From positions 1 to 42,325 of the forward strand of contig CAJKNS010000001.1 in assembly GCA_905201305.1 (NCBI GenBank): a stretch of 42,325 nt of DNA, given 5' to 3'. The DNA is from an uncultured Eubacteriales bacterium (GTDB taxonomy: Bacteria > Bacillota > Clostridia > Oscillospirales > Oscillospiraceae). Under the pieces are notes generated by a model. The model had not been told where the DNA came from, made no database searches, and saw only the letters and a list, made by a program, of their open reading frames with translations. The translations under genes and the position numbers were made by a program. Positions 1 to 9,500 of the stretch are shown here, piece by piece. Position 1 is the first letter of the stretch, and each line of letters opens with the position of its first letter.

Positions 1-363
1 GTCCAAAATTTCACCCGCAACGCGCTGCTGCGTCAGATTCAGGGAAACAATGTTTCCCTGTTTTTTCATCTGATCCAGCGGATTGCGCCAGTCCTTTTGG
101 CAGTGGAGCATAATATCCGCATAAGGCGACAGACGCGATTTATTAAAGGAATCGGACTGAAGCTGCGCCAACACCCGATCCGTCTCCGGCAGCTTGGCGA
201 TGTCCAGCCATTTCTGCAAAAACGTTTTGGATTCGGCGTTGGCGTTGAGGCGATTCAGCGCATCCAGCGAGCCGGTTTCCCGATAGATATTGAATGCATC
301 CTCCACGGCGGACAGCTGGGTGATGCAGTAGTCGATATAGCCGAATTCATAATTTGAGGGCAT
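1..363 (-). CDS. hypothetical protein, N-terminal part only (gene runs off the left edge)
   Basis: Minus-strand frame is open from ATG at 363 (alternative ATG 369) to the window edge. It is absent from the ORF track because there is no stop in the window. My translation: MPSNYEFGYIDYCITQLSAVEDAFNIYRETGSLDALNRLNANAESKTFLQKWLDIAKLPETDRVLAQLQSD... GGAAAGGAA Shine-Dalgarno (SD) lies about 7 nt upstream. No family recognised. Confidence 0.45.
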   Translation of the reverse strand, partial: MPSNYEFGYIDYCITQLSAVEDAFNIYRETGSLDALNRLNANAESKTFLQKWLDIAKLPETDRVLAQLQSDSFNKSRLSPYADIMLHCQKDWRNPLDQMKKQGNIVSLNLTQQRVAGEILD

Positions 364-430
364 AAGCATGTTCCTTTCCCGAACGGCGGAGCAATCAGCA
401 AATATATAATGAAAAGAGAGGTAGGTTCTG

Positions 431-2953
431 ATGGATATGACGGCAACAAAGCTGGAATTTGACGAAGAAGTACAGAAGCTGTACAAACGCCACGACGGCG
501 GCGAGGATACGCCGAAGGGTGTCCTTAAAGCTTCATTATACCCGGATTATTCAGAAATTCAAGAGAAAGAAGCTGCGGCACTGCTTGTAACCCTGGATAT
601 TTACCGTGGAATCCCGGCAGAAGACGGATTTATCTTCGGCGGTGACCGAAAATTGGCAAAAAGTGCATTCATTCGGATGCTGATGGCAGCCTGCGGCGGA
701 TACAAAAAGGATATCTTTGCGGTAGAGCGGATCGAGGAGGGCATCACCGTTGCCGAAGCCAAAGCAATGGCGGCGGAAAAGCTCGGCGGTCAGGGAACAC
801 AGGTGCTCCAGCGGTTTGACAGTCACGAGCCTTTGACGCGGGAAATTGCAGTTCAACTGCTGGCTGCTGCCATTCATGCCTCCGACGGCACGGGAGAGAT
901 TCCGTATCTATATTATGTAGACCGGGAGCAGTCCATGGATCATCTGCGGCTGCCGGAAAAGGTATTTGTGGCAGGACCGGACGGCTATTTGGTGACGCTG
1001 ACGGTGGATGGTGTGTTCCAGCCCATTACCGGCGGATGGGATTATTCCGGCGATGTGCGGCTGAGCCTGTCGCCCAGATATGAGCTGTATCGCTATCTGG
1101 CGCCTCGGGGCAAGTTTTTCGGAGGCGGCGAGGATACGCGACCCATCGGTCCCAACTGGTGGAATGACTGGGGCGAGCCCTATCGCACGGCGCTCTATAT
1201 CGAGGACGGTAAAAAGGTGCCCGAGCGGAGCATTGATGCGGCTTGGCATCAGGATGAGCAGGGAATTCTCCTGCGCTCGGATGGTTCGCCGACCAACCGC
1301 TATGGCAGCAACGACTTTAACGGGATTATTGTAAACGGCAAAATCCCCGGCTCCAGATACGAAATTGACCGCTTGAAGGTGCGCTTTGACGGCAACAGCC
1401 GGGACGATTTCCAGGGCATGGGTGCGGCGCTTTTGATGGTAGGCGATGCCACAGAAACCACGGTGGATCATGCGGACATCAAGAATCACGGCACGGTTCG
1501 TTCGGCAATGGTGGTGGGCGGCAGCGCAAGGGTGCTGGTGAAGAACAGCCGCCTTCAGACCACCGACGGAGCCTTTGAAAAGGAATTCCGCACCGGCTAC
1601 GATACCGTTACCGGGGATATGCGAATGGCACCGAAGCAGGGGGGCTTTGAAGGAAACTGCCGCTGCACCAACCTCCTGGATAAGGGCGTGGTGACCTACT
1701 ATAACAGCCAGATCCTGGCGGAAAAGTGGGGCGTACTGTCTACCGATAATAACGAGGGCGCATATTCTGCGGTGGTCAATAGCTTCGTTGGCATCACCGG
1801 CGGTCTGAACCCTAAGGTGGATACCTCCTCTGAGCAGGCAGCCAGAGAAACCCTGGCGTCGATTCCATTCCGGCATATCTATGGCGATTTGGCGCGGGAA
1901 ATCCCCAACGATGGGCATTCCTTCCGGCATCCTGCGGGCTATGGCACCTATTCCATCGGCAATACCACAGTGAAGTTTGCGGGCAGTACCGTTTCCTCGG
2001 TGGATTTCAGCGCTGTTTGCGCCAATGATGCGGCAAGCGTTATTTATTGTGCCAGCACGCCGGAAAATCTCCAGGGCGAGTTTGGACTGGAAGGGCTGCC
2101 GGTGGAGGAAAAGAACACGGTGGTCTATTGCAGAAAAACCGGATTGCAGCTCCATCGCGGCAACGGCAAGGGCTTGGCGCTGGTGAAGGATCACACCCTG
2201 TTCCACTGCGGCGCCATGTGTGTGGCGATTAAGAGCTCCGGCGCAGAGAACTTCCATGCGGATAACGCCACGTTGATTTCCGAAATGGGCGTAATTCTGC
2301 AAATGATGGATGAGGACGACGTAAATGCGCCGATTTATACCGCACCCGAATCTCCCTCCGCGGAAGATCGTGCGGCGGCTTGGAAGCTGATCCGCGATGG
2401 CGCGCTGGATATTTTCCATGTGCGCAAGGAATGGGATTCCACAGCAAAATTTTCCAATATGACCGTAAATGGCGATACCTATAACTCCTGCGGTTATACC
2501 GGTCCCGTAACCCTGGAGGATATCGAAGCGGCGGCAAAGGCTGAGAACCCGTTCCCGGGTCCGGCAAGAATGGGCGGCTCCAGATTCCACAGCGAAAATG
2601 CAAGAAATTTGGGGATTACCTTGGAAAATTGCATCTATAACGGCGCAATTTCCACTGCGGAGGCATACCACTTTGATGAGGAAACCGGCGAGGTGATGAC
2701 CCAGGTGCCCAGAGAGAAATGGTACTGCCTGGTGGTGGTAAAGAGCGAGGTGAAGCCGGTGTATCAGGCAGGGATTATTCTGAATATGCAGCGGGGGTCC
2801 GTGTGGAATGTACCGAAGACCTGCTTTATCTCCTCCCTGACGATGGACGAGAGCTCCAGAATCCATGGGCGCGTCTTTGTGGATGATGTACTGGTACAGC
2901 CGGTGCCCGGCGTGACCTATACGGGAATGATCCGGGTAGAACCGGGCGCATAA
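431..2953 (+). CDS. large hypothetical protein (840 aa) with SLH-like N-terminal segments and a central parallel-beta-helix-like region; no signal peptide
   Basis: Longest ORF in the region. An in-frame TAG at 422-424 excludes an upstream start. AGAGAGGTAGG lies upstream of the ATG. N-terminus has YPDYSEIQEKEAAALLVTLDIYRGIP..GGDRKLAKSAFIRMLMAA, which resembles an SLH motif. The centre has repeated short beta-strand/turn motifs (IIVNGKIPGSRYEIDRLKVRFDGNS.., VVGGSARVLVKNSRLQTTDG). The fold call is by eye only. Confidence 0.6.
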   Translation: MDMTATKLEFDEEVQKLYKRHDGGEDTPKGVLKASLYPDYSEIQEKEAAALLVTLDIYRGIPAEDGFIFGGDRKLAKSAFIRMLMAACGGYKKDIFAVERIEEGITVAEAKAMAAEKLGGQGTQVLQRFDSHEPLTREIAVQLLAAAIHASDGTGEIPYLYYVDREQSMDHLRLPEKVFVAGPDGYLVTLTVDGVFQPITGGWDYSGDVRLSLSPRYELYRYLAPRGKFFGGGEDTRPIGPNWWNDWGEPYRTALYIEDGKKVPERSIDAAWHQDEQGILLRSDGSPTNRYGSNDFNGIIVNGKIPGSRYEIDRLKVRFDGNSRDDFQGMGAALLMVGDATETTVDHADIKNHGTVRSAMVVGGSARVLVKNSRLQTTDGAFEKEFRTGYDTVTGDMRMAPKQGGFEGNCRCTNLLDKGVVTYYNSQILAEKWGVLSTDNNEGAYSAVVNSFVGITGGLNPKVDTSSEQAARETLASIPFRHIYGDLAREIPNDGHSFRHPAGYGTYSIGNTTVKFAGSTVSSVDFSAVCANDAASVIYCASTPENLQGEFGLEGLPVEEKNTVVYCRKTGLQLHRGNGKGLALVKDHTLFHCGAMCVAIKSSGAENFHADNATLISEMGVILQMMDEDDVNAPIYTAPESPSAEDRAAAWKLIRDGALDIFHVRKEWDSTAKFSNMTVNGDTYNSCGYTGPVTLEDIEAAAKAENPFPGPARMGGSRFHSENARNLGITLENCIYNGAISTAEAYHFDEETGEVMTQVPREKWYCLVVVKSEVKPVYQAGIILNMQRGSVWNVPKTCFISSLTMDESSRIHGRVFVDDVLVQPVPGVTYTGMIRVEPGA

Positions 2954-2991
2954 ACGGCAAAAAATCCTGCCCAGAGAAAGGAATATGTAAT

Positions 2992-4975
2992 ATGCAACCG
3001 ATTAAACTAATGGATTTTCTGGACTTTGCGGCGGTGTCTTCTCCCACCTGCGCTCCCAGCGGCGACGGCTATACCTGGGTGAAGCACCAGCCGGATCTGG
3101 CGAATAACACCTATACCCACGAGCTGTATCTGTCGGTTGGCGGCAGCACCCTACAGCTTTCCGATGCGATGCCGGGCGAACCCTATTGGCTGGACGGTGA
3201 GACGTTCCTTTACACCTCCAAATCCGGGACGGGACGGGGCGCGACCATCATGCGGTATCATACAAAGACCAAGCAGGCGGAGCTCGCGCTTCAGCTGCCC
3301 TTCTATGGTCAGATTATCGCGGTACTTCCGGACGGTACCTATTTGGTACAGGCAACGGTCAATGTGATTGAGCAGCGTCGGGTAGCCGGATTGCAGGGAC
3401 CAGCCCTGGAGGCGGAGTGGAGAGCAATTGAACGGGAAAACGACATGGTTTGGGTCCTGGATGAGTTCCCCTATTGGCAGAACGGTCAGGGGCTCATCAA
3501 TAAGCTGCGCACGGGGCTGTATCTTGCTGATACCCAAGGAAATGTACAGCGAATTACAGAAGAAATGTTCCAGGTGGACCAGGCGGTTTATGATGCGGCA
3601 CGGAATCGGGTGTACTTTGCCGGGGCCAGCCTATGGCAGCCGGAAGCAGTATTGGGACGGCGTATTTGTCTATGATGTGGGAACGCAAAAGACTCGGTGC
3701 CTGATTCCCCAGGGACACTATGAAATCGGTGCCTTTGCCCTGGCAGGCGGACGAATCATTCTAACTGCCTGCCGTCAGGACCAGGGGAAAACGCTTGCCC
3801 AGATGCATGACCTCTATGCCATGGATGTGGATACCGGTGCGCTGACCCTGCTCCACAGCGGCGAATTGTCCTTTGGAGACGCCATTGGAACGGATGTTAC
3901 CCATGGAGGCGGATGCCAGTTTGTAGCATGGGAGGATGCCGTGTATTTCCTGTGCTGTGTGGAAGAGCATACGGAGCTGATGCGGTATCCTTATCATGGA
4001 GAACCTGAAACGCTGCTGAAGGTATATGGCGCCATTAACTCCTTTGCCATGGGAGAAAATCAGATTATCCTGGCAGCGGTGCTGGATATGCGCCCCTCTG
4101 AGCTGTATCGGCTGGACCAAAACGGGACGCTGACCCCACTGACGGCGTACAACAGCGCCTACTGTGAGACCCATGAAATTGTATGGCCCAAGGAAATCCG
4201 ATTTGTCAACAGTGAGGGCAACGAGATCCACGGACTGGTATTGCTGCCGCCGAATTTCGACGAGAAGGGCAGCTATCCGGCGATTTTGGACATCCACGGG
4301 GGACCTCGGGCGGCATATGGCACGGTATTCTATCATGAAATGCAGTATTGGACCAGCCAGGGCTATGTGGTGATGTTCTGCAATCCCACCGGCAGCTTGG
4401 GACGGGGACAGTATTTTGGCGACGTATGCGGCAAAACCGGCATAATCGATTATGAGGATATTATGACCTTTGTGGACGAGGTGCTGAAGACCTATCCCCA
4501 GATTGACGATAAGCGGCTGGGCGTAACCGGCGGAAGCTATGGCGGCTTTATGACCAACTGGATCATCGGACATACGGGTCGATTTGCGGCGGCGGCGTCC
4601 CAGCGATCCACGTCCAATAATATCTCCAACGAGGCAACCACCGGAAATGGTAGCCTGTTTACGGAGAGCTGCCTTCTGGCAGGGCAGCAGCGAAGCGACG
4701 AACTCCTGTGGGAGCAGTCACCGCTGAAATTTGCCGAGCAGGCTACTACGCCAACCCTGTTTATTGCGGCACTGGAGGATTACTGCTGCTATCATGTGGA
4801 GTCGCTGCAAATGTACACGGCGCTGAATCGCATTGGGGTAGACACAAAGGCCTGCTTGTTCCGCCATGAGAACCACGGCTTGTCCCGAACCGGACGACCG
4901 GAAGCCCGTATCCGCAGATTACAGGAGATTACAGGCTGGATGGACCGGTATTTGAAGGAGGAAACAGAGCAATGA
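2992..4975 (+). pseudogene. S9 family serine peptidase (acylaminoacyl-peptidase / prolyl oligopeptidase type) interrupted by a +1 frameshift at the GGGG run 3622-3625
   Basis: ORF 2992-3675 (frame 1, propeller-like N-terminal part) overlaps ORF 3428-4975 (frame 2). Reading ..RNRVYFAG to 3624 and skipping one G continues as PAYGSRKQYWDGVFVYDVGTQ... without a stop. The C-terminal half carries the S9 nucleophile motif GGSYGGFMT plus downstream Asp and His regions (ALEDYCC, RHENHGLSR). SD GAAAGGAA lies upstream of 2992. Confidence 0.75.
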
Positions 4976-6243
4976 AAACGCTGATTCAGCATGTAAGTGT
5001 ATTTAACGGCTTTGACCCAAAGCTGGATGCCGGGGCGAATATCGTAATTGAGGATGGCTTTGTGACGGAAATTCTCCATGGAGCGGTGGAAACCGGGGGC
5101 TTTGACCAGGTGATTGACGGAGACGGTCGCACGGCAATGCCTGGCATGATGGACGCTCACACGCATCTGGGTCTGTGCGTTACCGATGAAGAAATGTCGC
5201 AGATGCGGATTGACGAGCTGGCAATTCGGTCTACCATCTATGCCAAATCCATGCTGGAGCGGGGCTTTACTTCTGTCCGGGATGCTGGCGGCATGGTAGT
5301 GGGACTCAAAAGCGAAATTGACCGGGGTACCATTGCTGGACCGAAGATTTTCCCCTCTCATGCCTGCATTTCTCAGACCTGCGGCCATGCGGATGAGCGC
5401 AGGAGCCGGGCGGATGAGCGGCTGGGCGACGGCAGCTATACGGCAATGGCAATGCGCAACGGCGGCATGGTGATTGCAGATGGTGTTCCGGAGGTGATGC
5501 GGGCAGTACGACAGCAGCTATTTCTGGGAGCCTCTCAGATTAAAATCATGGCAGGCGGTGGCTTGTCCTCAAAGTTCGACAATTTCTATACCACCCAGTA
5601 CACCTTTGAGGAGCTCAAGGCGGCGGTAGATTGCGCTTCGGACTATGGCACCTATGTGATGACCCATATTTATACGCCGGAGTGCATGCAGCGGGCGGCT
5701 AAGGCGGGCGTTCGGAGCTTTGAACATGCCACGCTGATGGATGAGGAAACCGCAAAGCTGGTAAAGGACAGCGGCATTTGGGTCTGCCCGGGACCGCAGT
5801 TTGCAGGCAACGAGCCCCATAAAAACGGACCGCCTCCGAAGATCACCGGGCGGGAGGTACCCCGCCATGTCATCCTGAACGGCGAGCAGCAACTGACGGA
5901 TTTGATTAACAAGTACGACATTCCAATTGTCTATGGCACCGATGCATCCCGTCCTCTGGCAACGGTGGAATTCCGGCAGCATGATGATATCCGGAAGTTT
6001 AAACGCCGGTTTGGCAGCCTGAAGACCATCCGCGCCATGACCGGAAACACCTATGAGCTGGGCAAGCTCTGCACCTATCAGCATCCCTATCCCGATGGCA
6101 AGCTGGGTGTACTGGAGGTCGGGTCTTATGCGGACCTGCTGCTGGTGCAGGGAAATCCGGTGGAGGATGTGGAGATTCTGGCGGAACAGACCAATATTCA
6201 GCTGGTTATGAAGGACGGCGTGGTGTATAAAAACACGCTGTAA
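4972..6243 (+). CDS. amidohydrolase-superfamily metal-dependent hydrolase (COG1228-like)
   Basis: HxH motif in MPGMMDAHTHLG. Also IKIMAGGG (Lys), THIYTP and FEHATL (His), and YGTDAS (Asp), typical of the amidohydrolase fold. The start ATG overlaps the peptidase stop (ATGA), implying an operon. Confidence 0.85.
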   Translation: MKTLIQHVSVFNGFDPKLDAGANIVIEDGFVTEILHGAVETGGFDQVIDGDGRTAMPGMMDAHTHLGLCVTDEEMSQMRIDELAIRSTIYAKSMLERGFTSVRDAGGMVVGLKSEIDRGTIAGPKIFPSHACISQTCGHADERRSRADERLGDGSYTAMAMRNGGMVIADGVPEVMRAVRQQLFLGASQIKIMAGGGLSSKFDNFYTTQYTFEELKAAVDCASDYGTYVMTHIYTPECMQRAAKAGVRSFEHATLMDEETAKLVKDSGIWVCPGPQFAGNEPHKNGPPPKITGREVPRHVILNGEQQLTDLINKYDIPIVYGTDASRPLATVEFRQHDDIRKFKRRFGSLKTIRAMTGNTYELGKLCTYQHPYPDGKLGVLEVGSYADLLLVQGNPVEDVEILAEQTNIQLVMKDGVVYKNTL

Positions 6244-6285
6244 TTCCCCAAGGACCCAAATGTTCTATTCCCAATGACATAAAAC

Positions 6286-6332
6286 GGGCGCCTCTTTTGA
6301 TTTCGCTGCATGAAATCAGAAGGGGCGCTTTG
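6286..6332 (+). terminator. imperfect stem-loop after the amidohydrolase gene
   Basis: GGGCGCCTCTTTTGATTTC (6286-6304) pairs with GAAATCAGAAGGGGCGC (6312-6328) with a few mismatches, followed by TTTG. Confidence 0.45.
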
Positions 6333-6556
6333 CCTGATGGAAATGAAAATGAGTCTGCCGAGTTCAGCCGCTTCTGCGGCTGCGGAATGCCCGGTTTTTG
6401 CAGCAGCCTTTATGGAAGAAAGCAGAACCGGCGTGACCCGGTTGTTTAGACAAAAAATCGTGTTGTTTTGACAAATGAACTGCGGGCTGGGTTTAAATTT
6501 GATACACTTACCATATATTCTGGCAAAAACAAGAAAGCCCGTGAGGAGGAAACAGA

Positions 6557-9500
6557 ATGAAGCAAGTGAGGAAAAGGATGAGGAGAGGACTGGCACTGCT
6601 TCTGGCGGTGCTGCAGGTCATGCTGGTGTTTGCCGTGGTGCCAGTCAGCGCGGCGGATGATGCCGCAACCAGCGGCACTTGCGGGGAGAATCTGACGTGG
6701 ACGCTGAGCGGCGGAACGCTGACGATTTCCGGAACTGGCAATATGCAGAACTACGATTGGGGATCTGCGCCATGGCGTAGCAGCACTAACTCAATTCAGC
6801 GCGTTGTGATAGAAGATGGTGTAACGTCCATTGGAGACGATACATTTATTGAATGTGGATGCCTGACTAGCGTAGACATTCCCAATAGTGTAACATCTAT
6901 TGGAAACCATGCATTTATGTACTGCAGCGGTCTGACCAGTATAGCTATTCCAGATAGTGTAACGTCCATTGGGGAAGCTGCGTTTAGTGACTGCAGCCGC
7001 CTGACCAACGTAACTATTCCCGATAGCGTAACTTCCATTGGAAGCAGGACGTTTGCTAACTGTAGCCGCCTGACCAGCGTAACCATCCCGGAGGGTGTAA
7101 CGACCATTGAAGCCTATACATTTTCTTCCTGCAGCAAACTGGGCAGCGTAACGATTCCCGAGAGTGTAATATCCATTGGGGAAGCTGCATTTCGTAGTTG
7201 CAGCAGCCTGACACGCGTAACCATTCCGGACAGCGTAATGTCCATTGGCACCCACGCATTTAATGGATGTAGTTGGCTGATGCGTGTAAACATTCCCGCG
7301 GGTGTAACGTCCATCGAAACCTCTACATTTTATGGATGCGGCAGGCTGACCAGCGTAACGATTCCAGACAGCGTAACGTCCATTGGAAACAGTGCGTTTG
7401 ACGGCTGCTACAGCCTAACCAGTGTAACGATTCCCGATGGCGTAACGTCCATTGGAAACAGTGCATTTAGTAAGTGTGACAGCCTGACCAGCATAACCAT
7501 TCCGGAGGGTGTAACGACCATTGAAGACTATACATTTTCTTCCTGCAGCAACCTGACCAGCGTAACAATTCCCGATGGCGTAACGTCCATTGGAGACTAT
7601 GCATTTAGTGAATGCAGCAGCCTGAGCAACGTAGACATTCCGGACAGCGTAACGTACATTGGAATCTATACATTTCATAACTGCAGCAGTTTGACCAGCA
7701 TAGACATTCCGAATGGCGTAACGTACATTGGAGGCGCTGCATTTTGGGACTGCGACAGCCTAACCAGTGTAACGATTCCCGATGGTGTAACGTTCATTGG
7801 AGACGTTACGTTCGCTTTCTGCCGCAGCCTGACCGATGTAACCATTCCGCACAGCGTAACGTCCATTGGGGGATCTGCATTTAGAGGCTGCAGCAATTTA
7901 GCGGATGTATATTATGGCGGCAACGAGGAAGATTGGGCCAGCATAATCATTGAAGAAGAAAATGATCCCCTCCTTAACGCAACCATCCACTACGCTCCAA
8001 TCGGTGTGGACGAGGGCAAGTACAACGCCCCGCAGACCAGTGTGTGGTACGACATCTGGTGCAGTGGGGAAAGCAGATTTAAATCTTCCGGCTATACGCT
8101 CCAGGTGGGCGATCAGACCTATTCAACGGGTTCAGGCCACCGGGCACAAGCGGATATTCCCACCGCAGATGCAGACAAGGTTTCCATCTCCAGAGAGGGC
8201 TATTTTACTTACAAGCTTCCCGGGGAATTGGTGTATCAATGCCATGAGGTGGTGCTTCATCCGAATAGCGAACAGGGGGCGTTTGTCCAGTTTGTGGGAG
8301 TCAGGAGAGATAACTTTTACTATACAAATCTTGCGGCATCCCACGAAACAGTTTATGAGAATAGTCTGAGGGCGTATGACTTCTATGTGGATATCAACTG
8401 GAATGGTGCTGAGCCGGGAGAAATCTGGCTGGAGCAGGGCGACAACACCATGACGCTGCACGAGGGCAAAAATGCGAACCTGCTGTTGGGCGGCACCTTT
8501 ACGAAATCGTATGATAACCCCGTCAGTTTGTGTTATACCGATGGCAGCGGGAACCGCTATCGCATGGGACTTTATCTGGATGTGCTGTCATCTCAGAGGA
8601 GCATGAAAATCGACGGTGGAGAATCGACTACCAAAACAAATCCCAAAAATGACACCGTGGACGAGATGTGGGGAGACATGTCGCTTTCCTTTGATATGTT
8701 CAATGATTCCGTACCGGTTGAACTAAGTATGACCCCCACAAGCGAGACAGCAGGTACCTTTAAGGGAACGCTGGGCGTAAAGTTTGAGAACTACAGTAAA
8801 AAGCCGGAACTGATTGATTATGTAAAGCGGGGATGTGACCCGAAAAATCCGGATACAGTAAAAGGCGGCGAGGTCGCAGAAAAGATTTTAAAACGATGTG
8901 AAGAAAAAGGAATTGTAACTGTAACACAGAAAAACTCCTTTGCGGTTACAGTAGACACCCAGCTGCTGGGCTACGTAGAGGGAACCTATGAACTGGGGAA
9001 GGACGGCAAGCTGGTAAGCATGGAGTTTACCGACTCCGGAATGCTGGCAAATGTATCGGGCGGTATATCCACCACGCGGCAGCACTACGCTACACCGGTA
9101 CCGTGGTTCTGGCAGCTCGAACTGAAAACAAAGCTGGAGCTGGCGCTTTCCACCGGAAAAGACTGCAATGGAACAGATGTAACCATCAAGCCGGAGGACA
9201 CCGGCGCAAGCCTTGCCGGAAAAGCCAGCCTGACCCTGGGAGGCAAGGTAGCGGCAGGACTCAGTGGAGCTGCGTCTATTGGCGTCAGTGGCTCGGGTAC
9301 CGGACATCTGGATGGGCAGCTGCTCCCCTTTGACCGCTCAAAGCTGAATATCTATGCGGATTTTGATTTTAATCTTTTGAAATTTGAAGTCGGCACATTC
9401 TCTGGCTCATTCTGGCACTACAAGAGCGACCAGTATTATCTAATGAAAAACGGTGTGCTTTTCCCTGACGACCAAAGCTATTCAAGCGGTGGCGGCGGTG

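Noticed and set aside
908-2866. 652-aa minus-strand ORF antisense to the 840-aa gene. Similar long antisense ORFs lie at 9482-10465, 10958-12523, 24746-26311, 35010-35798 and 36962-37990.
   Set aside because: These are shadow ORFs typical of GC-rich coding DNA. Their translations are Arg/Gly/His/Cys-rich low-complexity sequence without motifs or SD sites. The opposite strand carries clear family signatures (LRR/SLH, FAD Rossmann motif, SBP, NTF2-like).
6244-6556. A 313-nt leader upstream of the surface-protein gene with several small hairpins (6374-6391, 6428-6445) as a possible riboswitch or attenuator.
   Set aside because: I could not recognise any known riboswitch consensus or a convincing terminator/antiterminator alternative. 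The first hairpin is adequately explained as the upstream operon's terminator.
6803-7906. A regularly spaced 69-bp repeat array that could superficially resemble a CRISPR or minisatellite locus.
   Set aside because: The repeats are contiguous with no unique spacers. They are in frame within a 1973-codon ORF and translate into a canonical BspA-type LRR consensus. They are coding repeats, not CRISPR.
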